A DNA stretch of 64,000 nt from Octopus bimaculoides (taxonomy: Eukaryota), in NCBI RefSeq assembly GCF_001194135.2, contig NC_068983.1, forward strand, positions 145,528,509 to 145,592,508, written 5' to 3'. Within the stretch, counting starts at the first letter, position 1; each line of letters begins with the position of its first letter. The position numbers and the translations under genes were made by a program. The notes under the pieces are model-generated. The model was not told where the DNA came from. It saw only the letters and a program-made list of their open reading frames with translations, and did not search any database. Of this stretch, positions 50,342-63,292 are shown piece by piece.

Positions 50342-51529
50342 ATGTGACACCAAATATCAAGAATGGTGGAATTGCTCTAAATATTGTTCCAGAATTTGCA
50401 GAGATGGAATATTTCATTCATGCACTGATCAAAGGTAGACTCAATTACAGCTGTGGATGAAAGTTATCAACTGGACAAAAGGAACAACCACTACAACAGG
50501 CTGCAGTCTGAGCTGTAGACTAATGAAAATTCATTATAGGTCTTTAATACCCAACAATATTCTTACTGCTCTCATTGAGAAGGACTCAAAATTCTGAACA
50601 CGTTAGAAGATTATAGTTTGCTAAGATATGGTGGTTTCACAGACATGATCAATATTTTTCATATTGTATTCAGTATACACTCAAAATTTGAGATTGGAGC
50701 ACATTGTCACCAACACACTAGAGATTTTGCTGTATCTTGCACTCACAGCATTGATATTCTACAGACACTGTCTCTGGTGCAAAAGATGTAGTCTAAACTG
50801 CAAGACGATTTGTTCCAAGATCACTCAACATAATAAAGTTTCTGTCACACAAAACTTAGAATAAACATCGCAACTCCTTATGATTCTATATCTCTCTACT
50901 CCCACTCTAATACAAGTATTCTTGCATTCATTTTTTTTTCTTCTGAAATTTAAAAAGTAACATGGTCGCACATTTATGCATATATGTGTAGCTATATGAG
51001 TGTGTATGCATGCATTATATGTATATCTGCATATATTATATCCTATTATAAATTTGAGTGATGTTCCTCTGTCCATTACATTTTTATGTTCGTTAACTCC
51101 TCCCAGACCGTTGGTGCAAAGATAACAAAATTCAAACCGGCAACTCTCCTAATCTCAGGGAATGTCCAAAGGGGGTCTATTTTTTTAAGGACCGCCTAAT
51201 TGGTGCCCCACTGACCTCCATATTTTTACTGCATTTTTAATTAAATACATGGCATTGGTGACCAAATCGGAGCAGTGACAATGAATTTCATACCATGAAC
51301 TCCCAGAGAGTATCATAAGAAGGTTCAATTTTTGAAGGGCTGCTTAAATGGGCCCCACTGACCCCATTTAGTTTTACTGCATTTATCCCGCTCCTACACT
51401 TATTGATTAAACTATGATCAGCATCAGTACTTAGCACATTTGCAGAAATAGCTTGGGCAATCTAAATACCTTCACGTACATTCAAATCGAGATAAAGAGT
51501 TATAACAGGTATGTTTCAAGTGTGATAGT

Positions 51530-52380
51530 CATCATCATTATCATCATCATCATCGCTTAATACCCACTTTCCATGGGTGGGACGGTTTGACTGAGGACTG
51601 GCAAGCCAGGAAGCTGCACCAGGCTCCAATCTGATCTGGCAAGGTTTCTACAGCTGGATGTTCTTCCTAACGCCAACAACTCTGAGAGTGTAGTGGGTGC
51701 TTTTTACGTGCCACTGGCACGGGGGGGGGGGGCAGTCAGGCGGTACTGGCATTGACCATACTTGAATGGTGCTTTTTACGAGCCACTGGCATGGGAGCCA
51801 GTCAGGCAGCACTGGCATCAACCACATTCAAATGGTGCTTTTTACATGCCACCAGCACAGGAGCCAGTCAGGTGGCACTGGCAATGACCACGCTCAATTG
51901 GTGCTTTTTACGTGCGAATGGCACAGGAGCCAGTCTGATGGGACTGGCAATGACCACACCTGAATGGTGCTTTTTATGTGCCAGTCAGGCAGTACTGGCA
52001 TCAGCCATGACAATGATTTCACTTTACTCAACAGGTCTTCTCAAGCACAGATAATTTCCCAATGATTGAAGGGTACTCTTAAATGGGCTAGTTATGCAAC
52101 ACTGGCATAGGCCACAGCTATGGTCTCAATTGGCTTGCTGGATCTTCTCAAGCACAGCATATCTCCAAAGGTCTCAGTTGCTTGCCATTGCCTCTGTGAG
52201 GCCCAACATTCAAAGGTTGTGCTTCACCACCTCATCCCAGGTCTTCCCGAGTCTACCTCTTCTACAGGTTCCCTCCACTGTTAGAGTGTGACACTTTTTC
52301 GCACAACTGTCCTCATCCATATGCATAACATGCCCATACCAGCAAAGTCGACTCTCTTGCACACCACATCTGTGTGGATA
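51530..52380 (-). mobile_element. RTE-type LINE 3' fragment with minisatellite in its 3' UTR
   Basis: Minus frame ESRLCWYGHVMHMDEDSCAKKCHTLTVEGTCRRGRLGKTWDEVV (RTE ORF2 C-terminus); (CAT)n at ~51530 is the reversed (GAT)n tail. Confidence 0.75.
51695..51990. repeat. 66-bp minisatellite, about 4.5 units
   Basis: tggtgctttttac recurs at 51767, 51833, 51899 and 51965 (exact 66-nt period); first unit at 51695 carries a G12 expansion. Confidence 0.9.
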
Positions 52381-52413
52381 TTTATATTTTGCAGTTTATG
52401 AAACTTATGTCTA

Positions 52414-52458
<45 letters not shown>

Positions 52459-52796
52459 AATGNNNNNNNNNNNNNNNNNNNNNNNNNNNNNNNNNNNNNN
52501 NNNNNNNNNNNNNNNNNNNNNNNNNNNNNNNNNNNNNNNNNNNNNNNNNNNNNNNNNNNNNNNNNNNNNNNNNNNNNNNNNNNNNNNNNNNNNNNNNNNN
52601 NNNNNNNNNNNNNNNNNNNNNNNNNNNNNNNNNNNNNNNNNNNNNNNNNNNNNNNNNNNNNNNNNNNNNNNNNNNNNNNNNNNNNNNNNNNNNNNNNNNN
52701 NNNNNNNNNNNNNNNNNNNNNNNNNNNNNNNNNNNNNNNNNNNNNNNNNNNNNNNNNNNNNNNNNNNNNNNNNNNNNNNNNNNNNNNNNNNNNNNN

Positions 52797-52854
<58 letters not shown>

Positions 52855-53849
52855 TGTATGTGTGTGGGTGGGTGTGTGGATGTATACTTGCATGTATATT
52901 GTACATATACAATTATATACATACAGCTACATAAATATGCACATACACACACACACACGCACACATTTATGCAACACTTCCAAGGACTATTGTGCAGGCC
53001 AAACATACATTATCTTGAAAATAAGTTATTATTAGAATATAGATCTAAATGCATACTTAAAGATTGTATAGAACATAGATATATATGTTTAGTTGAAAAG
53101 TGTGTGTATCTACACCTATATATTTTACATTGATCATCCTTCTGCACCACCAAATTAATTCTCCTCCACCACCATACATCCCTCTCTCTCTCTCTCCCTC
53201 TCCCCATACACTATGTCTGTCTCTCCCATCCCATTTGCGACTTACCCAAGCACATACCATCTCTCATCTTGTCTACTCTATCATTATTACTATTCAGTTA
53301 TTCTTCACTCGTTTTTGTATTGTAAGTCATTGCCTACTCCCCACTATCATCTCTCAGCTCATATGTATCATTGATCATCCCATCCTCACTCCTTGTCCAT
53401 TAACTACATCCATGTCTCGACCCTACCCAACCATGACAGTCATCACAAACTCTTCTCTACCTTCTCTCCAACATGTATTTATCATCCCTCAACATGTGTT
53501 CTTCAATCACTATATTCACCTCCTCATTCACCCTCTCTCTCTAACTGCTCTTCACTCTCCTCATACACCCTTGCAACCTCTAGCCTCCCCTAGCTGCCCA
53601 CACCTGGTTTGCTCTCCTTACTCACCTCTACTCGTCTTGTACATTGAGGATCCACCTATACACCTGATCATCACTATTTTATTACACTCTTTTGTTCACC
53701 GAGTTACTCCCACCCTCTCTTCCCTCATGTGAGTAGCCATGCAACTCCTCTACAACAAGAAACATGTGTGTTCTGTTCTGGCCCCTTCTCTCATACTTTA
53801 ACTTCTTATCTTCTACCATAAAGCCACTATCCTTTCTCTAATGTTGTCC

Positions 53850-54085
53850 CTCTCAGTCAAAGAGGATCTTTGTGTTGCAACCTGCTTATGACCTCACTAA
53901 TGCTAGTGCCATGAACAAGGCACCCAGTACACTCTGTAAAGTGATTGGTGTTAAGAAGAGCATGCATCTTTAGAAACCATGTCAAAGCTGACACTGGAGC
54001 ACAATGCAATCCTCAGACTTATCAGATCTTGTCAATATGTCCAACCTGTGGCATCATGGAAGATGGACATTAAAAAATGATGATA
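53850..54085 (+). mobile_element. RTE-type 3' tail fragment
   Basis: cacccagtacactctgtaaagtgattggtgttaagaag...catggaagatggacattaaaaaatgatgat; same tail family as 51530 in the opposite orientation. Confidence 0.6.
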
Positions 54086-54756
54086 TGTGTGTATGTATGT
54101 TTAGGTGTGTGCAAGCACGTGTGCGTGTGTGTGTATGTACATGTGTGTTGTTGAGATTGGCATCAACTTGCAGCGGTTTGGATGGAACATTAACAGCACC
54201 AAATCTCACTGGATAAGGATGACCTACAAAAGGTTATGTGCACTACACATTCTGCCAGGCTAGTATGTAAAAAAGAAAATAGAAAAGAATTCAGTAACTG
54301 CACCCAGTAAAATTGTTAGTGAATGTGCTGAGACTTGGTATGGACAGAACCCTTTAGATTTGTCAAGAACATGAGAACCATGCTAATGCTGGTCCCACTA
54401 TGTAATACAATACAGTATATTCTGTAAAGTAGTTGCTGATATGATAGAGAGGACATCTGAAGAAGAAACATGAAATGGTCTACTTAGCTAGCAAAAATGA
54501 TTTGTACCTACTGAATCTCTCTGAGAATTACGTTAAAGGTATACATGTTTGTGGAGTGCTCAGCCACTTGCATGTTAATTCCATGAACAGGCTGTTCTGT
54601 TAAATGGATCAAATGGAACCTTCATCGTTGTAACCAACAGAGTGCCAATATGTCTTTCAATCAATCTCTGCAAGCAAGAGCACTGAATAAGAAAATCATT
54701 GATTGTGATGACATAACATTACAGCATAGAAAGCAAATGTATAATGATAATTTTAT

Positions 54757-54799
<43 letters not shown>

Positions 54800-54849
54800 A
54801 TTCTCTTGTGAATGACAAATGAAGGTTCAGTAAAATAAGTTAATCATGT

Positions 54850-55280
54850 TCTATGGACATGAATGTCTCTTGAGGCCTGTTGGTGCCTTTCAAATCTTTT
54901 GGCAAATGGAACAAGTTGAAGACTCATTTGCTTGAGTGCTTGTGGATAATTTATTTTGTATTTTCTTGAGTGGATGGCAAGGCCTGCTTTGATTTGTGAC
55001 ACAAAACCTCAATGACAGGTAATGTTTCCATTTAGAGGAGCAACATTTTGCCAGCATACCTTCATGCTTGCACAAAGTTGGTTTTGATGTTGGAGTTGAC
55101 TGCTCAGATCTGAACTGAGGAGAAGCAGGACTGGCATCAGGTCCTGCATTCTGATGCTTTGCATCATTTCAGGTTGTTATTTAGTTTGTCTTTGAAGTGC
55201 AAAAGTGGTCTTCCAACTGACCTTCCTGTTAGGAATTGGCCAAAGAGAAGTTGCTTCAGAATTCTGATTATTCATCTGAA
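54850..55280 (-). mobile_element. Older RTE LINE 3' remnant
   Basis: RILKQLLFGQFLTGRSVGRPLLHFKDKL and TCSICQKI*KAPTGLKRH motifs. Confidence 0.6.
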
Positions 55281-55289
55281 TCTATATAT

Positions 55290-56903
55290 ATATATATATA
55301 TTATTGGCATCCTTTTTGTCTTGGGAGACAATGGAGTTGTGCATAAAACAATCTAGTCCGGCTTTTACATTTCATGCCCAAATACATCTCCTGCTGTGGC
55401 TGTGTACTCCTATCCTGGACAAACACTCCCCCTGGCAGGTGCCGCAAATGTAGTGAAGACTTTGCCTAGCTGGTTGTAATGACATAGTTTCTTGTTGACG
55501 TCTTTTCTTGTCTTTCCATTTCTCCTCTCTCCCTCTGTCACTCCTTTGTGTTCCCTCTTCTATGGTGCGTCGCCAATGTCCACGGTTGCTGGCAACCACT
55601 TCCCAGTTGCTAATATTGATGTCACAGGCCTTCATGTCCCTTTTGCAAACATCCTCGTATCATAAGAATGGCCTTCCCACAGACCTAGTGCCCCTAGCAA
55701 GCTCTCTGTAGAGTATGTCCTTGGGGATTCTACCAACATTCCATATGGCTAACATGTCCAAGCCATCTCATACGTCTTTGTGTGAGGAGTGCAAACATGC
55801 TTGGTATTCCTGCTTGCTTGAGGACATCTTTGTTGGGGACATGATTCTGCCATTTGATGCCAAGGATTTTCTGGAGGCAGCACAGGTGAAAGATATTTAG
55901 GTGACGCTCTTGGCATGTGTATGGCGTCCAGGTCTCACTGCCATACTGTAGAGTGCTAAGTACACATGCCCGGTAAATCTTCATTTTTGTGGTCTTGGTC
56001 AGCTTATTGTTGTCCCATGCCCATTTGGAGAGTTGGGCCATCACAGCAGCTGCCTTGCCAATGCGTATATTGAGCTTGGCATCATGGGATAGGTTGTAGG
56101 TGACGGTAGAGCCAAGATAGGTAAACTTCTCCACCTCCTGTAGTCTGTGGTTTCCAATAGGTATGTTTGGGATGTCCGATGTAGCCTGATCCGTGATGTT
56201 GGTCTTCTTGAGGCTGATAACTAAGCCAAAGTCGCTACATGCTTGCTCAAAGCAGTTGATGAGCCTTTGCAGGGCGTCTTCTGTGTGATACCAGAGCGGC
56301 ATCATCAGCAAAGAGAATCTCCTTGATCAGAATACTTCTGATTTTGGTCTTGGCACGCAGATGTGAGAGATTGAACAGTTTCCCGTCACTTCTACTGTGC
56401 AGAAACACTCCATCATCTGATGTCTCAAAGGCATGTGACAGCAGCAGCAAGAAGAAGATGTAAGAGCAAGGACACAGCCTTGCTTTACCCCGTTTTTTAT
56501 TTGGAAGGCGGCTGATGTCGAACCTTTGTGCTGTATAGTGCCTTGCATATCATCATGGAAAGATTTGATGATCCTCAGCAGCTTTGTTGGACATCCGATT
56601 TTTTGAAGCAGGATGAAGAGGCCTTTTCTACTTACCGAGTCAAAGGCCTTTGTCAGATCAATGAAGGCCATATATAATGGCATTTTCTGCTCTCTGGACT
56701 TCTCCTGAAGTTGGCGTATGGAGAATATCATGTCAATAGTTGATTTGCTTCTTCTAAAGCCACACTGCAAATCTGGATAAATTCGAGAAGCAAGCAGTTG
56801 TAGCCTGGACAGGATAACGCAAGCAAAAACAAAGGTGACCATGGTGATTGTAACAATTACTGTGGAATATCTCTTCTCAGCACTGTTGGAAAGACCTTTG
56901 CTC
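55290..56903 (-). mobile_element. 5'-truncated RTE (BovB/RTE-like) LINE with an inverted 5' segment
   Basis: QCGFRRSKSTIDMIF, FIDLTKAFDSVSR, GVKQGCVLA, LFADDAAL, FTYLGS, RMRWLGHV and CGTCQGECLSRIGVHSHSRRC, with frameshifts. 56831-56903 encodes KGDHGDCNNYCGISLLSTVGKTFA on the opposite strand. Confidence 0.9.
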
Positions 56904-56907
56904 TCTC

Positions 56908-56958
<51 letters not shown>

Positions 56959-56959
56959 A

Positions 56960-57165
56960 TGTTTGTGTGTCTGTGTTTGTACCCCTACCATCATTTGACA
57001 ACTGATGTTGGTGTGTTTATGTCCCCGTAACTTAGCAGTTTGGCAAAAGAGACTGATAGAATAAGTACTAGGCTTACAAAGAGTAAGTCCTGGGGTTGAT
57101 TTCTTCAACTAAATGCGGTGCTCCAGCATAGCCGCAGTCAAATGACTGAAAGAAATATAGAAAAA
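56960..57165 (+). mobile_element. SINE family B tail
   Basis: gtccccgtaacttagcagtttggcaaaagagactgatagaataagtactaggctt...gcggtgctccagcatagccgcagtcaaatgactgaa. Confidence 0.85.
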
Positions 57166-57702
57166 AATAAAAGTCAACAAATGTATTTATTTTTTGGTAA
57201 TCAGAAAAGTGAGACAGGTTTTGACTCAATTTAGAGTATCATTAGAGAACATTAACCTCTCAAGTTATAGCTATTTATAATGAATGTCAATCAGGATGAG
57301 CATAAACTAGTTAGTCTAATTTGCATAATAGTACATTTATTGGCAATGTGATTAGCTAATAATGCATATACAGTATTTATTGATTTATTGACATAGAAGA
57401 ATGATAAAGTTATTAAGCCAAGGTAGAAAATTTATTGGGTATTTAGTTATATCCATTTAAGACTAGGTTCATAGCTTACAAAAGTCAGCTTTGTCTTTCA
57501 TTTTTCCAGGGTCGATAAAACACCTGACATTATAAGCATCAAAATCAGTCTGAGGCAGAAAAGAGAAACAAGCCCATGAGTTTTGTTTCTTCAATAATCA
57601 TTCTAAGGACAAAAAGCAGAAGAGATACATAAAAAAGTAGAGTGCCAAATTAAACAGCTTATTAGTGTTTAGCATTGTTTTTTTTTACATTACAAATTCA
57701 AA

Positions 57703-57888
57703 TCATGAGCATTTTATTTTTGCTGTTAATGGAGAGAGCCCGGGCATGAACACATGCATTCTGAGTCCCAATTCCTCTGATCTCAGCACTGCATTTCTCT
57801 TTTCCAGCTTTGGTAAAGATGGTGCAACTAATACTGGGGTGGTGTATTGATTATTTGCTCCTTTGTTATAAAATGGTTGGCCTAGTAC
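57703..57888 (-). CDS. Candidate terminal coding exon of an unidentified small gene (61 codons)
   Basis: Acceptor aataacacag| at 57889/57888; only phase 0 is open: VLGQPFYNKGANNQYTTPVLVAPSLPKLEKRNAVLRSEELGLRMHVFMPGLSPLTAKIKCS*; non-repetitive sequence. Confidence 0.45.
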   Translation of the reverse strand, partial: VLGQPFYNKGANNQYTTPVLVAPSLPKLEKRNAVLRSEELGLRMHVFMPGLSPLTAKIKCS

Positions 57889-58992
57889 CTGTGTTATTAT
57901 TCAAGATATATAACTTCCATTCAAAGAACTGAACTTATATCTAAGTATTAGCTGTCTCTTTACACTCAGAAATCGAATCAAAGAAAACTCAATTTTGCCC
58001 TTTCAGCCTTCTGGAGTCGTTATGATAATCAAATCGTATAAATTATAAAAACAAAAATAAAATAAGGGGTTTCACTCTCTTTTTATATATTTTTGTTTTT
58101 AGACCATTTCTTAAAATAATTACTGTCCAACAATGCTCCAGATTATCTTTCGGGTTTTGGTTTTAAACCCATGTTGCTTTCTCTTGAGACAAAGACTTGA
58201 ATGTCACATAAAGTACCAGTATTTACTGTTTCTCTTCAAGTTATTCCATGAACGAAAGTATTACAGCCATGGCCACCCCATATTTTTCCAACTTACAAGG
58301 AACCCAGGACCTTATATTACGTAACCCTTTAAGATGGTATGGCGGGATTTGAAGGAAATTTGATTGCTATTTCTAGCATGTCAAGCAAACATGTAGAGGC
58401 TCATTCAAATTGACTATATAATTCCTCTTAAAATTTGTGGCCTTGAGCCAATGTTAGCAATTCTTTTATCAACTATATCATCAACATACCTCCCATACAA
58501 ACTGGGCTTGTGCTTAAGTATGCAAGTATTCAGAGCGTCGGACATCATGCTTTACAATTAGGTTTCTTTACGTTCTGAGTTGAAACCCTATCAGAGTCGA
58601 TAAAATAAGGTACAGTCAGGTACTGATGTCCTAATTTCTCTACTCACTTTCCCTTATTCTTTATTACTTTCTTTTTCTCTCTCGATTCCCAGCATTTCAT
58701 TCGATTCCATCAAAACAATATCTCTCCTCGACGAAGTGTTCTACCCGAAACGTTAGATTTCTCCCCCTTTCCTCATGGTAAACCTGATTAATTCATCCTT
58801 GAATTGTCGTCCCTAAAATCAACTTCCAACTATTAGAATATTTCTTTTGTGCCTTTGCATCTATATTACAACTCAATAATACTTCGTTGTTGTGAATTTT
58901 GCAATAGTGATGCTTTCGGACTTCCGTACATCGTTTTAATTGAGAACGTCGTAACAGCTTCTCAAATAACTACGACTACCCTCTGCTCTTAC

Positions 58993-59091
58993 TCTACTGT
59001 ACTCTATGCTTGGCTTGGCGAACCACTCACTCCACCCTCCACTATCAGCATCCTCAGCCTCAACCTCAATCTCAAAAAGCTCCAAAGCCAT
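58993..59091 (-). CDS. Possible first exon joining 57888 in phase 0
   Basis: ATG at 59091, 33 codons MALELFEIEVEAEDADSGGWSEWFAKPSIEYSR, donor aga|gtaaga. Could equally be 5'UTR. Confidence 0.2.
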
Positions 59092-59098
59092 AGTTCAC

Positions 59099-59125
59099 GT
59101 CACGTGACACAGTTCCAACATGGCG
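59099..59125. promoter_or_regulatory. Palindromic E-box GTCACGTGAC plus YY1/initiator-like caacATGGCG
   Basis: gtcacgtgac at 59099-59108 and ATGGCG at 59120-59125 in unique, repeat-free sequence. Confidence 0.5.
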
Positions 59126-59769
59126 TATTTCCTCCCCGTATCTCAGGTTGAGTAAATGATAAAGAAAACCTTTTAGCCGTGTGTGAGTGTGTGTGTGTGG
59201 GATTTTTTTCTAAAAAACCACTATGCATGTACGCGTGTCGTTATTGCATCGTGCGTGAGAGAGTGTAAAGTAAATTAAATAAAACAAAACGAAAAAATAC
59301 CCTATCACTTTTTTTGTGTTTGTTGAAGGTCTGACGAAGTTAGGCGTTTCTATTGGATTATTACAGTTATTTCACAAACACCGACATTTAAAATGGGATC
59401 TTCGATTGCCAGCATATAATCTCGTGAGTAGCCAACACTTTTCTTTCTTTCCCATCTCCATTAAGTCCTAAAGTTCTATATATTTTTTTCCAGTTTTAGA
59501 GCCGTTTTGTTTGTTGCTCTGATATGTTTTTGTCTAACAAACTCTGTCTTTCTCCCTTTCTCTTCCTTTCTCTGTCTCACTATTCTCCCCCCCTCTCTAA
59601 CATACACCACTGCGATTTTCGAATCATTTAGCTTTTGCTTTTCCTTTTCGTTACATTGCATGGTTGTCCCGCATTGCTCATATCTATGTAGTGTTATTGT
59701 TGACTGACTGCATTGCCCTTGTGACAAATATAGACCATCATTAGCAAATAAAAGATATTGTTATTGTTA

Positions 59770-59908
59770 TTTCAAATCTTTCCAACGTCGATTTTTTTTT
59801 CTTTCCTTTCTGGGGTCGACAAAAATACAGTACCAGTCAAGTACCGAGGTTGATATAATCGACTGTTCCTCGTTCCAAAATTTATGGCTTTTTACCTGTT
59901 TGGAGATT

Positions 59909-59958
<50 letters not shown>

Positions 59959-61420
59959 ATGTACACACACACATACACTAACTAGGACCGCATCAATCAT
60001 GTTTATTCTTCCTCCTAAAAATTAAACCGAGCATTATTTATTATCTCTTCCCCCTCTCCCTCTCTCCATATGTATATATACACATACGCACGCACACATA
60101 CTCGGTTATGTTTGTAATTGCATATGTGTGTGTGTTGCACATATGTTTTGTTTATTTATTAATATTGTGTTGTACTTCATTTGATTATTTATGATGTTTC
60201 CCTTCATTGTAGCCCCTGTGGCGAATAAGCGATTATGAGTAGTGTGTCAGAAATGGGGGTCGAATGACTGAACGTCTTTCGGAGTATCATTATTTAGTTT
60301 CGTCTCTGTCTTTAATTGTGTGTGTTCAAACCTCAGGAGGATCGATTGCTTTTAGCATTCCGGGGGTGATGGTGGTGATCGATAAAATAAATTCAAAATT
60401 TGACAATACTTTCCCTATACTACTGTGTAAGAAATTATCATTGCTAGAGGGTGAAGAGTGGCAGAATCGGTAGAGCGCCAAATTAATACCTTACGGTATT
60501 CAGTTATGTCCCTTCTGAGTTCAAATGTCGTTGAGTTCGATTTTTGTTTCTCATACTTCTTGGGTTGATTTAACCGACTAGCTTCCCTCCTAATTTTGTC
60601 TGTCAGAAATCATTATAATCAGCATTATTAATAATCGGCGTCCACGTTACTGCTTCCACTACCACCACCACATTGGGCAATTGGCAAAATAGATAAAGCG
60701 GCGAACAAATTAGTGTTATATTTAGTTACGTCCCTTTACGTTCCGTGTTCCAATCCTTCCCGATTTGACTTTGCTTTTCATCTTCTAATGATAAAAATAA
60801 AGACTAATCAGGTTCTGGGATTCAATTCGATTGACGGTTCATTCCTACAACAATATTTTGGTCTTCTATATTTTTATTGTCGTTATTATTAATAACAGAG
60901 ACGGTAGGTTAGCAAATTAAAAACCATAGCGATTATTTCGCTTTCCAACGTTCTCGAGTTGAAGTTTCGCTTGGGTCCACTCTAGTTTTTTTAACTCGGG
61001 AGTTAGCGGGTAAGTGAAATAGATAATCAATAATACGAAGTGAATTTAAAAAATCAACTATACCCTTCCCTCCTTTCTCTTGCGAACATTTTCCTTGTTC
61101 TTGTCAAGATTATTATTTTAACTTTCATCCTTTCGGGATCGATGAAATAAGTACCAGTTGAATATTAGGGTCAGTGTAATCGACTTAACTCCTCCCTAAA
61201 ATTACTGGCCTTGTGCTAAAAATTTGAAATCATTATTATTTTCTTCCGGTTGGTTCCATTTTTTTCATTCTTCCGGCATGATGACCAGTCATATAAGGAG
61301 CAATTTAATCAACTAACCCCCACCTCCCCCAAATTTCTGGATTGATAAAAGAAGTAGCAGTTAAATACTGATTCGATTTATTCAACTAGACCCTTCGTCA
61401 GAAATTTGAGGTTTTGTTTT
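59770..61420 (+). mobile_element. Cluster of old, degraded SINE family A copies
   Basis: Repeated remnants of tttcatcctttcggg...gataaaataagtaccag...aatcgac at ~59790, 60330, 60460, 60700, 60900, 61120 and 61300. Confidence 0.65.
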
Positions 61421-61965
61421 CAAGAAATATCGGTGAAATTTACCGAAATATCTTTATATACTCGTGTACTTATTCGCGTAAAAAAAAATATTGTAACCAC
61501 TTTCGTTAGAAGAATATACCTCATAGAATAATTGCTGTCCAACTTTGCTGAGATTTGCTTGTAAGTTTGAACTGTAAAAACCTATTCTGCTTTCTCTGAA
61601 TCATTGGAGAATACGACTAGGTTAACGTAGATCGAATGCAACGTTTATTTAGTTTTATATCACTCAATCAAACACTATTATTAATAACTTATGACGCTAC
61701 ATGCTTATTAAATTTAGAAAAATATAATTCATTTCAGTTTCCTTTTCCTTGATTACACACACAGTAACAGGGAGATGACAACACGTGGCGTTCTATATGC
61801 ATATACATACATACATATTGCGCCGTTTCGAGTTAAAGGTATATCTTCGGATTTCCAGTCGAAATACATTTTCACTTGACTGTCACAGATAACGGCCCTT
61901 TCCCTTGACATAAAAAAAAAAGTGCCTCCCCCTCCAATATCGCATTCCTTACTTCTTTCTCGCAG

Positions 61966-62081
61966 TCAGTGTGACCGGAGTATTGTTTTGCATGCAGTAG
62001 GGAATCTTTAGTGAAAAAGAAATCAAAATGTTATGAAGAGAGTATTCAAAACCGGTCCCCCATTTTATAGTCGGCAGGCAG
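61966..62081 (+). other. Candidate exon (5'UTR plus start MKRVFKTGPPFYSRQA) of a plus-strand gene
   Basis: Strong acceptor ccttacttctttctcgcag| and donor gcag|gtatgt; all three frames from the acceptor are closed; ATG at 62033 is open to the donor (phase 1). Confidence 0.35.
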
Positions 62082-62144
62082 GTATGTTGAAGGGTTGTTC
62101 CTCTCTCTATATATTTGTGTGTGTACTTATATATGTATGTACAC

Positions 62145-62192
<48 letters not shown>

Positions 62193-63035
62193 GTGTGCGT
62201 GAGTGTACTATATATGAATGTGTGTGTGTATATGTAAATATATATACGTGTTTGTATATTAGTATGTATGGTAGACGTGTCGGAGTTGATACAGTGTTTT
62301 GACTCCTACATGTTCAATTAGGGTTATTGCAACGCTCAAGATCCATTTTGATTGCTATACTATTTCAATATTAGATGTAATAATGATGATAATTTCTTAG
62401 GGTTATCAGAACACAGAAAAAATACTCTGAAAATAAACCTGTTCTAAGAAGTTTTAAGAAGATTAAAACCTTGATTGAAGTTTTACGAAACATTTTCAGA
62501 TATTTTACGAGCAAAGTGAGAAAATAATGACATACGTATTCAATAAAGTAAGTAAGGGTAGTACTATTTCGTTTAAAATTGTTATATAAAGCTAGTATTA
62601 AATAATAATTTTTTTAATGAGTTGTGTAGTTGAAAATATATGTTTATTATTATGTTAGATGTTTTAGTTCGAGTATTGTGCCTTAATATTTTGAAGGAAG
62701 GGTAATTGTCCTTACATGAATTTCTTGAACTGCGACACGAACACGTAAAAAAGATTAGTGACACGGACAAAAAAAAAACCCAACAGTAAGACCAGACCAT
62801 ACATGTTTGTGATTGTGCAGACACGCAAATTATGTAAATTTGTAATTTAGGCTTAGGCCCTACACTGCTTTCCTGATTATTAAATGGTTATTTTTTTTTT
62901 GTAATTAAGTTTCTCTCTAGGGCATATGTGATGTAAATGAAACGATAGCTTCAGTGCAAGTGAGGTTTGGTTGAAACTAGGCTAGACTGCAAGGTGGCTT
63001 CAGAAGGCTCGTCTCATATAGATCAGTCCAGATAT

Positions 63036-63104
63036 TTTATCTATCTATATATCTATCTATCTATATATCTATCTATCTACCTACCTACCTACCTACTTAC
63101 CTAC

Positions 63105-63135
<31 letters not shown>

Positions 63136-63144
63136 CCTATCTAC

Positions 63145-63179
<35 letters not shown>

Positions 63180-63292
63180 CCTACCTACCTACCTACCTAT
63201 CTATCTATCCACCCACTCACCTACCTACCTATCTATCTATCCACCCACTCACCTACCTACCTACCTACCTACCTACCTAACTAACTAACTAA
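63036..63292. repeat. Compound (TATC)n/(TACC)n tetranucleotide array
   Basis: Direct reading. Confidence 0.95.

Noticed and set aside
51695-51990. CRISPR-like periodic array
   Set aside because: The whole unit is repeated with no unique spacers, the context is eukaryotic and no cas genes are present; it is a minisatellite.
53100-53732. 210-aa H/P/L/S-rich ORF
   Set aside because: C/T-rich low-complexity part of a retroposon-like repeat; no domain signal.
62668-62785. Plus-strand frame RVLCLNILKEG*LSLHEFLELRHEHVKK..., phase-compatible with the 62081 donor
   Set aside because: Contains an in-frame TAA and exon boundaries are ambiguous.
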